Below, one piece after another: positions 1 through 6,836 of a DNA stretch of 17,104 nucleotides. Under the pieces are notes generated by a model. That model was given only the letters and a program-made list of their open reading frames with translations. It was not told the origin of the DNA and did not search any database. A program made the translations under genes and the position numbers. How positions within the stretch are numbered: the stretch's first letter is position 1; every line of letters begins with the position of its first letter. Source of the DNA: a virus (lineage: Duplodnaviria; Heunggongvirae; Uroviricota; Caudoviricetes); the IMG/VR virus record IMGVR_UViG_2740892269_000010; one strand, given 5' to 3'.

Positions 1-53
1 CTGGGGAATATCTCCCCGGCAGCCTTCAGGGAAAAATATCATCAGATGGCTGC

Positions 54-227
54 TTAAAAAAAGAACAAATGGTAGTGTCCGCTATTGCCAGTACACCTCA
101 GGGTATAAGGGGTTATGGCCACCGGACTACCAAACGGCTGCCAGCCCTCTTTCAGTTTATGTGTCAGCTTTTCCGCAAGATCTGACGGCGGCGCCGCCCT
201 GACAACATCATAGTGTTTAAATGCCAT
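54..227 (-). CDS. Hypothetical small prophage protein (about 57 aa from the internal ATG; the ORF extends to 242)
   Basis: Six-frame ORF 54..242 on the minus strand. The internal ATG at 227-225 is preceded by GGAAAG about 5 nt upstream (reverse complement of 233-238), a plausible Shine-Dalgarno. No motif recognised. Lies in the prophage late-transcription direction. Confidence 0.3.
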   Translation of the reverse strand: MAFKHYDVVRAAPPSDLAEKLTHKLKEGWQPFGSPVAITPYTLRCTGNSGHYHLFFF

Positions 228-487
228 GGTTCTTTCCACCATCTGAAAAATAATTCTTTAAAATACCTGACATGTAATACAGAAAAAACACAAAACCATA
301 CCTTAAATAAAAACCTGATTATCAAGCAGATATGCATGGATAAACTACAAGACGAGATATAAACCACCCTGCATTTAAATAAACAATAAACAACATCAGA
401 AAAATAATTCTGCTCTATGGTTTACATTCAAAAATATCATTTATACTTTTCAGAACATCACCAGCAAGGCATAAACAAGGAAACTAA

Positions 488-823
488 ATGAAGTGGATTG
501 TGATTGATACAGTTATCCAGCCATCATGCGGAATATCTTTTTCAGTCATATGGAGTAAAATAAAATTAATAATCTGGTATCAATCGGATGCTTTCTTACC
601 TCCTGAAAGTATATTTACACTGACTCACACAGGCATCATGCTCAATAACAAAGTGCTACCTGTAACCATTTACAACGTAGTACCATTCAATAAAACATTC
701 TGGAATTCAATCAAAAATAGCCAGGAATGCCCTACAAATACAGATAACGTATTGAATGAATGCTTTAATAACCGTTGCACTCTGCAAATATGTCCTTATG
801 GACTAAAACAACAAAGTCCATAA
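488..823 (+). CDS. Candidate AT-rich cargo (moron-like) ORF, 111 aa, unknown function
   Basis: ATG at 488 preceded by AAGGA (476-480) at 7-nt spacing. Upstream sigma70-like hexamers TTTACA (421-426) and TATACT (442-447). A 9-bp perfect hairpin at 858-879 lies 35 nt after the stop. Very AT-rich compared with flanking DNA. No recognisable domain; in an AT-rich region an ORF of this length could arise by chance. Confidence 0.3.
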   Translation: MKWIVIDTVIQPSCGISFSVIWSKIKLIIWYQSDAFLPPESIFTLTHTGIMLNNKVLPVTIYNVVPFNKTFWNSIKNSQECPTNTDNVLNECFNNRCTLQICPYGLKQQSP

Positions 824-857
824 GGAGTTTACTCACATCTGACAAAATCAATATAAA

Positions 858-879
858 CAGCCCCTCCGGAGAGGGGCTG
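858..879 (-). terminator. Strong GC hairpin, probable rho-independent terminator for minus-strand (phage late-direction) transcripts
   Basis: Stem cagcccctc (858-866), loop cgga, stem gaggggctg (871-879). On the minus strand it is followed by a T-rich tract (complement of aaaatcaatataaa at 844-857). No T-tract on the plus side. Confidence 0.45.
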
Positions 880-1270
880 GAGAGTGGCGCTATGTGCCAT
901 TGCATGGTGCCGGGTGCCTCCCGGTGAATTCAGTACCAGCACCTGAATCCGCGATTATCCCATATACCTACTCGCTGATTGCCCCTCCGCACAGGGGGAT
1001 TCACCATGCCAGTTTCTTTTAACAAACTCCCCGCAAACCAGACAACAGTCAACCGCCTGAATTGTGAAGTATTTAAAAATTTCTCCCGCTAACTGATACC
1101 CGGCTAACAGTCTGGCGTTTTCTTTTTCAGCAACGGGAAAGCAACAACCACCACACCCGCCACCAGCACACCGTCAGCCAGCACTGACATTATCCGGCTG
1201 CTGCAATGCCATTCACAAAAACAGTAAGCAATCACTTTTTACCGTAACAGGTGATAATCCAGATATGTAT

Positions 1271-1624
1271 CTACCCCAGATGAGTAATCCGAAGTTCATC
1301 CATACCACAGGTCCTGGCTATTCTGTTGTACTCCTGAACAAGAGCAAATAATTCTGAATTAGCAACCATGAACTCATCGCAAACCCTCTGTATAGCATCA
1401 CTATTCAGAATAATAACGTCTCTTCCCGAAAGACGATCAGGAGTACAGAACAAAACTGTCAAACGGCTGAAGGCCTTTGCTCGTGCTGCATTGACTATAT
1501 CAATACGCTGCCTAAGGATGAAACACCCCGACGCCTCATCAATATTCACTCTACCCACACCATATGAATGATAAATATTTAATGCTGAAAAAACCATTAG
1601 ACCGTATAACAAACACTCAATCAA
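1271..1624 (-). CDS. Hypothetical ORF (117 aa, TTG-initiated in the ORF track) at the cargo position downstream of the tRNA
   Basis: Six-frame ORF only. The start codon at 1624-1622 is TTG; no clear RBS and no recognisable motif. Could equally be a gene remnant. Confidence 0.22.
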   Translation of the reverse strand: MIECLLYGLMVFSALNIYHSYGVGRVNIDEASGCFILRQRIDIVNAARAKAFSRLTVLFCTPDRLSGRDVIILNSDAIQRVCDEFMVANSELFALVQEYNRIARTCGMDELRITHLG

Positions 1625-1734
1625 TACTTAACAGAACTTTTATTTTTGACAAACATAAAATATTTTCAACAATATCCTGAGCCAGGTATATTTCAGTATA
1701 AGGCTCTGCCGGAAGGAATCTGGAAGAATGAATA

Positions 1735-1811
1735 TGGCGCGCTGTACTGGATTCGAACCAGTGACCGATTGCTTAGAAGGCAATTGNNNNNNNNNNNNNN
1801 NNNNNNNNNNN
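1735..1811 (-). tRNA. tRNA-Arg (anticodon UCU), 3' half visible, 5' part masked by N
   Basis: Reverse complement of 1735-1786 reads caattgccttctaagcaatcggtcactggttcgaatccagtacagcgcgcca. This gives an anticodon stem attgc/gcaat with loop cTTCTAa (anticodon TCT), a T-stem actgg/ccagt with loop TTCGAAT, a 7-nt acceptor 3' strand, discriminator G and an encoded CCA. The 5' end at about 1811 is extrapolated from a 77-nt length. Confidence 0.6.
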
Positions 1812-2077
1812 NNNNNNNNNNNNNNNNNNNNNNNNNNNNNNNNNNNNNNNNNNNNNNNNNNNNNNNNNNNNNNNNNNNNNNNNNNNNNNNNNNNNNNNNN
1901 NNNNNNNNNNNNNNNNNNNNNNNNNNNNNNNNNNNNNNNNNNNNNNNNNNNNNNNNNNNNNNNNNNNNNNNNNNNNNNNNNNNNNNNNNNNNNNNNNNNN
2001 NNNNNNNNNNNNNNNNNNNNNNNNNNNNNNNNNNNNNTGTAGAAACTCTTCTAACGTCAGGCATAAAACGCCCATAG

Positions 2078-2932
2078 TTATGACGAATTTACCACAGATT
2101 CCGGAAAAATCAACCTAGTTACCTTTTTTAACTGCCGCTCAGCCCATGCTTCTTCAATATCAAACCGAGTCACCAGCGCATCATAGAATTTCTTAACTGT
2201 TTTTTCCCATGACGCGCGTGTTATCTGGTTTGTCACCTCGCATATAGCATTAAATGCCTCCGTTGATGGTAGTCTTTCATAGCCACGACCACCACAACGC
2301 TGGCAGTCTCTGATAACAGGCATACCACGTTTTACCGACTCTTCACGATGAATGGCGACACCACGCCCACGGCAATCCTTACAGGCGGTGGAAACCTCAC
2401 CCTTTCCGCCACACTCCGGACAGGCAACTTTTACCACCTCCCTGACTTTTTTCCATTCTTCCCAGTAAGACGGATACACACCTTTCGTACACTTTGCCCA
2501 TACCGGCGGCTTACCATCCGGATACTGGACCTTGTTTGTAAAAACTACGCTTTCAATAAATTTTTCCCCATAGCAACAAGGGCACTGCTTTTTACTCGCT
2601 GCGCTGCGGGCATAATCCTCAAAAGCGTACGAAGCCATAATGCGCATCACTACCGGTTTTATTTCTGCCGGAAGTTTTCTCAACGCCGCCACACGATCGC
2701 ACCGACTGAGTGCATAATCTGCCAGTAATTCTGTTGCCCGCGCCCTGTCATTCATACTGATGCCCATTTTCCCCAGGAACGCAGAAAACCCCATCTCAGC
2801 CCGATTCTGTGTCATGCCCTGCGCGGCCATCACATCAGTGATACTCAGCGCATCTTTTGACGTTGAGGCCGATGCATCGGTCAGGCAAGGGGATTTTGGG
2901 GAGTAGTATTTCGGTAAATCTTCCAGTTTCAT
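2078..2932 (-). CDS. Putative lambdoid late-gene antiterminator (Q-like), 284 aa, with DnaJ-type CxxCxGxG zinc-finger repeats
   Basis: Position is diagnostic: immediately downstream of rusA with a 4-nt overlap (2929-2932) and immediately upstream of the tRNA island, as in lambdoid late-regulatory regions. The protein contains CPECGGKG, CKDCRGRG and CQRCGGRG repeats plus CPCCYGEK. The family assignment is from context, not a recognised alignment. Confidence 0.55.
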   Translation of the reverse strand: MKLEDLPKYYSPKSPCLTDASASTSKDALSITDVMAAQGMTQNRAEMGFSAFLGKMGISMNDRARATELLADYALSRCDRVAALRKLPAEIKPVVMRIMASYAFEDYARSAASKKQCPCCYGEKFIESVVFTNKVQYPDGKPPVWAKCTKGVYPSYWEEWKKVREVVKVACPECGGKGEVSTACKDCRGRGVAIHREESVKRGMPVIRDCQRCGGRGYERLPSTEAFNAICEVTNQITRASWEKTVKKFYDALVTRFDIEEAWAERQLKKVTRLIFPESVVNSS

Positions 2933-3303
2933 TTTTTGACCTGCTCTTCATGCATTATGGGGTAAATCTTCACCCCCAGACGTCCACCAGATACTGGCTG
3001 ACCACGAACGATATTGATTTCATCAAACTGCTCATCGTCCATTAACACTCCCGCATGTGTCAGTGCATCCAGTGGTGCTTTCAGGATATTGTCCAGGTCA
3101 CGACGGCGCTTATCCGGTGGCTCTGCAATAATCTTTATCGCCAGTCTTCCGGACAGGCTTAATTTCAGTCGCTGCTGACGGACAATAAGCGCCACATCCC
3201 GGCGATAACGCTCACCGGCTTTTGATACAAAATATGTGTTGTCACGACGTCGCCAGTAAGTATTCACCGTCGGCGGATAAGGTAAAATAAACTCATGGCG
3301 CAT
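2929..3303 (-). CDS. rusA: RusA-family Holliday junction resolvase (crossover junction endodeoxyribonuclease), 124 aa
   Basis: The protein carries DKRRRDLDN followed by LDAL and an acidic DDEQ cluster, matching the conserved RusA core (K-12 RusA has DRRRRDLDN as I recall it). Typical nin-region position upstream of Q. Confidence 0.85.
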   Translation of the reverse strand: MRHEFILPYPPTVNTYWRRRDNTYFVSKAGERYRRDVALIVRQQRLKLSLSGRLAIKIIAEPPDKRRRDLDNILKAPLDALTHAGVLMDDEQFDEINIVRGQPVSGGRLGVKIYPIMHEEQVKK

Positions 3304-3545
3304 CAGCGCAGCACCTCCTGCACCAGTTTTTCAAACTTTCCGACTCTGGTTTCCAGCTCTGCCACACAGTCCACCAGCTCATCTACTGCTTTCTGTGCGC
3401 GATGCTTCGCCTGCATCAGTTCCCGAAGCGCGGGTACCATATCTTTACGGATAGCGTCTTTTGTTATGCCCGTTTTTTCGAGTTGTTCAGCATGACGCAG
3501 CATTTCCTGCGCGTGTTTACGCAATTGTTCAGGGGTAAAAGTCAT
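3303..3545 (-). CDS. Hypothetical prophage nin-region protein (about 80 aa from the ATG at 3545; the ORF track extends to a TTG at 3560)
   Basis: ORF 3303..3560 on the minus strand. Its stop overlaps the rusA start by 1 nt (TGATG), suggesting translational coupling. Predicted helical, charged protein; no motif recognised. Confidence 0.5.
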   Translation of the reverse strand: MTFTPEQLRKHAQEMLRHAEQLEKTGITKDAIRKDMVPALRELMQAKHRAQKAVDELVDCVAELETRVGKFEKLVQEVLR

Positions 3546-3771
3546 TGTCTGGTTGTTCAAAAGAAACGCTCCATCTTACTGCTGTCAGTTCGTTTATTAC
3601 TGTATCTGCGCGGATTGCCGGGCTTCATGGGAGTGGAAAGCACCCGTGCACTTTCCTGGTCCACAGGCAGAAAATGTCCGTAGACTGGCCCCCTGAATCT
3701 CCAGACAACCAGTATCACTTAAATAAGTGATAGTCTTAATACTAGTTTTTAGACTAGTCATTGGAGTACAG

Positions 3772-4137
3772 ATGATTGATGTCTTAGGGCCGGAGAAACG
3801 CAGACGGCGTACCACACAGGAAAAGATCGCAATTGTGTCAACGCCACGATGTTTGACCGTTATTTGCCATTTTCATGCCCGCTAAATACTTTCGTTAGCC
3901 AGCCAGTTATTTCTCTGGCGTAAGCAATACCAGGAAGGAAGTCTTACTGCTGTCGCCGCCGGAGAACAGGTTGTTCCTGCCTCTGAACTTGCTGCCGCCA
4001 TGAAGCAGATTAAAGAACTCCAGCGCCTGCTCGGCAAGAAAACGATGGAAAATGAACTCCTCAAAGAAGCCGTTGAATATGGACGGGCAAAAAAGTGGAT
4101 AGCGCACGCGCCCTTATTGCCCGGGGATGGGGAGTAA
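3772..4137 (+). pseudogene. insC: IS2 insC (orfA) disrupted by a premature stop at 3883-3885 inside a 60-bp non-homologous block
   Basis: Same start context as copy 2 insC. From 3837 the sequence diverges for exactly 60 nt and carries an in-frame TAA. Homology and frame resume at 3897. Confidence 0.8.
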
Positions 4138-5000
4138 GCTTAGTCAGCCGTTGTCTCCGGGTGTCGCGTGCGCAGTTGCACGTCATTCTCAGACGAACCG
4201 ATGACTGGATGGATGGCCGCCGCAGTCGTCACACTGATGATACGGATGTGCTTCTCCGTATACACCATGTTATCGGAGAGCTGCCCACGTATGGTTATCG
4301 TCGGGTATGGGCGCTGCTTCGCAGACAGGCAGAACTTGATGGTATGCCTGCGATCAATGCCAAACGTGTTTACCGGATCATGCGCCAGAATGCGCTGTTG
4401 CTTGAGCGAAAACCTGCTGTACCGCCATCGAAACGGGCACATACAGGCAGAGTGGCCGTGAAAGAAAGCAATCAGCGATGGTGCTCTGACGGGTTCGAGT
4501 TCTGCTGTGATAACGGAGAGAGACTGCGTGTCACGTTCGCGCTGGACTGCTGTGATCGTGAGGCACTGCACTGGGCGGTGACTACCGGCGGCTTCAACAG
4601 TGAAACAGTACAGGACGTCATGCTGGGAGCGGTGGAACGCCGCTTCGGCAACGATCTTCCGTCGTCTCCAGTGGAGTGGCTGACGGATAATGGTTCATGC
4701 TACCGGGCTAATGAAACACGCCAGTTCGCCCGGATGTTGGGACTTGAACCGAAGAACACGGCGGTGCGGAGTCCGGAGAGTAACGGAATAGCAGAGAGCT
4801 TCGTGAAAACGATAAAGCGTGACTACATCAGTATCATGCCCAAACCAGACGGGTTAACGGCAGCAAAGAACCTTGCAGAGGCGTTCGAGCATTATAACGA
4901 ATGGCATCCGCATAGTGCGCTGGGTTATCGCTCGCCACGGGAATATCTGCGGCAGCGGGCTTGTAATGGGTTAAGTGATAACAGATGTCTGGAAATATAG
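4095..5000 (+). CDS. insD: IS2 transposase OrfB (InsD) reading frame, 301 aa, intact
   Basis: Identical 301-aa translation to copy 2. Normally expressed as an OrfAB fusion by -1 frameshift at the A6G motif (4089-4095); that cannot yield a normal fusion here because orfA is disrupted. Confidence 0.85.
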
Positions 5001-5011
5001 GGGCAAATCCA
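4971..5011 (+). repeat. IS2 right terminal inverted repeat (IRR) of copy 1
   Basis: 41-nt terminus ending in ...ggggcaaatcca. A perfect inverted match to 5248-5288. Confidence 0.9.
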
Positions 5012-5247
5012 NNNNNNNNNNNNNNNNNNNNNNNNNNNNNNNNNNNNNNNNNNNNNNNNNNNNNNNNNNNNNNNNNNNNNNNNNNNNNNNNNNNNNNNNN
5101 NNNNNNNNNNNNNNNNNNNNNNNNNNNNNNNNNNNNNNNNNNNNNNNNNNNNNNNNNNNNNNNNNNNNNNNNNNNNNNNNNNNNNNNNNNNNNNNNNNNN
5201 NNNNNNNNNNNNNNNNNNNNNNNNNNNNNNNNNNNNNNNNNNNNNNN

Positions 5248-5288
5248 TGGATTTGCCCCTATATTTCCAGACATCTGTTATCACTTAA
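5248..5288 (+). repeat. Right-end-type (IRR-like) terminus at the left end of IS2 copy 2
   Basis: tggatttgcccctatatttccagacatctgttatcacttaa is the exact reverse complement of the right ends at 4971-5011 and 6537-6577. From 5289 it continues as normal IS2 left-end interior (ataagtgatagtc...). Confidence 0.85.
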
Positions 5289-5337
5289 ATAAGTGATAGT
5301 CTTAATACTAGTTTTTAGACTAGTCATTGGAGTACAG

Positions 5338-5703
5338 ATGATTGATGTCTTAGGGCCGGAGAAACGCAGACGGCGTACCACACAGGAAAAGATCGCAATT
5401 GTTCAGCAGAGCTTTGAACCGGGGATGACGGTCTCCCTCGTTGCCCGGCAACATGGTGTAGCAGCCAGCCAGTTATTTCTCTGGCGTAAGCAATACCAGG
5501 AAGGAAGTCTTACTGCTGTCGCCGCCGGAGAACAGGTTGTTCCTGCCTCTGAACTTGCTGCCGCCATGAAGCAGATTAAAGAACTCCAGCGCCTGCTCGG
5601 CAAGAAAACGATGGAAAATGAACTCCTCAAAGAAGCCGTTGAATATGGACGGGCAAAAAAGTGGATAGCGCACGCGCCCTTATTGCCCGGGGATGGGGAG
5701 TAA
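5338..5703 (+). CDS. insC: IS2 OrfA (InsC), 121 aa, DNA-binding transposition protein
   Basis: ATG at 5338 ([26 protein letters not shown]...); the ORF track extends upstream to 5293. Ends at 5703, overlapping insD. Confidence 0.9.
5655..5661 (+). other. A6G slippery heptamer for programmed -1 frameshifting between insC and insD
   Basis: aaaaaag at the insC/insD overlap; the same motif is at 4089-4095 in copy 1. Frameshift-dependent OrfAB expression is established for IS2 and the IS3 family. Confidence 0.7.
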
Positions 5704-6566
5704 GCTTAGTCAGCCGTTGTCTCCGGGTGTCGCGTGCGCAGTTGCACGTCATTCTCAGACGAACCGATGACTGGATGGATGGCCGCCGCAGTCGTCACAC
5801 TGATGATACGGATGTGCTTCTCCGTATACACCATGTTATCGGAGAGCTGCCCACGTATGGTTATCGTCGGGTATGGGCGCTGCTTCGCAGACAGGCAGAA
5901 CTTGATGGTATGCCTGCGATCAATGCCAAACGTGTTTACCGGATCATGCGCCAGAATGCGCTGTTGCTTGAGCGAAAACCTGCTGTACCGCCATCGAAAC
6001 GGGCACATACAGGCAGAGTGGCCGTGAAAGAAAGCAATCAGCGATGGTGCTCTGACGGGTTCGAGTTCTGCTGTGATAACGGAGAGAGACTGCGTGTCAC
6101 GTTCGCGCTGGACTGCTGTGATCGTGAGGCACTGCACTGGGCGGTGACTACCGGCGGCTTCAACAGTGAAACAGTACAGGACGTCATGCTGGGAGCGGTG
6201 GAACGCCGCTTCGGCAACGATCTTCCGTCGTCTCCAGTGGAGTGGCTGACGGATAATGGTTCATGCTACCGGGCTAATGAAACACGCCAGTTCGCCCGGA
6301 TGTTGGGACTTGAACCGAAGAACACGGCGGTGCGGAGTCCGGAGAGTAACGGAATAGCAGAGAGCTTCGTGAAAACGATAAAGCGTGACTACATCAGTAT
6401 CATGCCCAAACCAGACGGGTTAACGGCAGCAAAGAACCTTGCAGAGGCGTTCGAGCATTATAACGAATGGCATCCGCATAGTGCGCTGGGTTATCGCTCG
6501 CCACGGGAATATCTGCGGCAGCGGGCTTGTAATGGGTTAAGTGATAACAGATGTCTGGAAATATAG
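5661..6566 (+). CDS. insD: IS2 transposase OrfB (InsD), 301 aa
   Basis: ORF 5661..6566, identical translation to the copy 1 frame. Frame is -1 relative to insC. Confidence 0.9.
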
Positions 6567-6577
6567 GGGCAAATCCA

Positions 6578-6733
6578 GGTACTGCCGAAAATATTCAGAT
6601 AGAGCTGAGGGATGACCAGGATGCTGCGTTAAAAAATGGCGATAGCAAAACGGTTATTGTTGATGAGATCACTCGTAATGCACAGTTTCCACTTAAGGCA
6701 AGAGCTATCACGGTGAATGGAAACGCAAGCTAG
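6578..6733 (+). pseudogene. ydeR: 3' remnant (51 codons) of a fimbrial minor subunit gene truncated by IS2; ydeR-like by gene order
   Basis: In-frame translation from the IS2 boundary reads GTAENIQIELRDDQDAALKNGDSKTVIVDEITRNAQFPLKARAITVNGNAS, a pilin-type C-terminus. It sits directly upstream of the FimH-like ydeQ, the position of ydeR in K-12. No start codon or 5' part is present. Confidence 0.5.
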
Positions 6734-6836
6734 GGAACGATCGAGGCGCTAATCAATGTGATCTACACCTGGCAATAACGTCGATTCGATTTTCTTAGCC
6801 TTCTTTTTAAATCAATTTTTAACCTTAGGATATATC

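Larger units (their letters stand above)
3681..5011 (+). mobile_element. IS2 (IS3 family) copy 1, 1331 bp, canonical left end, insC disrupted
   Basis: Left end tagactggccccctgaatctccagacaaccagtatcacttaa at 3681 and right end ttaagtgataacagatgtctggaaatataggggcaaatcca at 4971-5011. Internal sequence is near-identical to copy 2 except for a 60-bp block at 3837-3896. Confidence 0.95.
5248..6577 (+). mobile_element. IS2 copy 2, 1330 bp, intact insC/insD, atypical left terminus
   Basis: Near-identical to copy 1 across insD. Right end at 6537-6577. Left terminus is 1 nt shorter than copy 1 and of right-end type. Confidence 0.95.

Noticed and set aside
1104-1190. 28-codon minus-strand ORF encoding a hydrophobic peptide (MSVLADGVLVAGVVVVAFPLLKKKTPDC), considered as a possible small membrane toxin
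   Set aside because: The Shine-Dalgarno is poorly spaced and there is no partner antitoxin or RNA signature. It could be a chance ORF in a GC-rich stretch.
1-1700. Shiga-toxin or other recognisable toxin genes at the post-tRNA cargo locus
   Set aside because: No StxA/StxB-like translation is present in any frame.
1646-2077. ORFs that run through N blocks (1646-2077, 1693-2064, 1728-2042, 1773-2075, 4834-5274, 4925-5284, 4975-5292, 4985-5296, 9664-9987, 11089-11433, 11096-11575, 11161-11424)
   Set aside because: They are open only because N translates as X. The mirrored pairs around 5012-5247 simply reflect the inverted IS2 ends.
2348-2728. Plus-strand ORFs antisense to the Q-like, rusA and nin-region genes (2348-2728, 2857-3045, 3295-3495, 3402-3683, 3545-3730)
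   Set aside because: They overlap better-supported minus-strand genes and have no start context or motif.
3597-3815. 72-aa minus-strand ORF spanning the phage/IS2 boundary
   Set aside because: It is a chimera that initiates inside IS2. Only its last 26 codons are phage DNA, which I treat as a gene remnant in the junction finding.
3853-3888. Possible outward promoter inside the 60-bp block (TTGACC ... TAAATA)
   Set aside because: The spacing between the hexamers is about 24 nt, which is not compatible with a sigma70 promoter.
4140-4571. ORFs antisense to or nested inside IS2 (3882-4064, 3907-4107, 4140-4571, 4168-4461, and their copies at 5403-5630, 5473-5673, 5706-6137, 5734-6027)
   Set aside because: They are repeated only because IS2 is repeated, overlap the established insC/insD frames, and have no RBS support.
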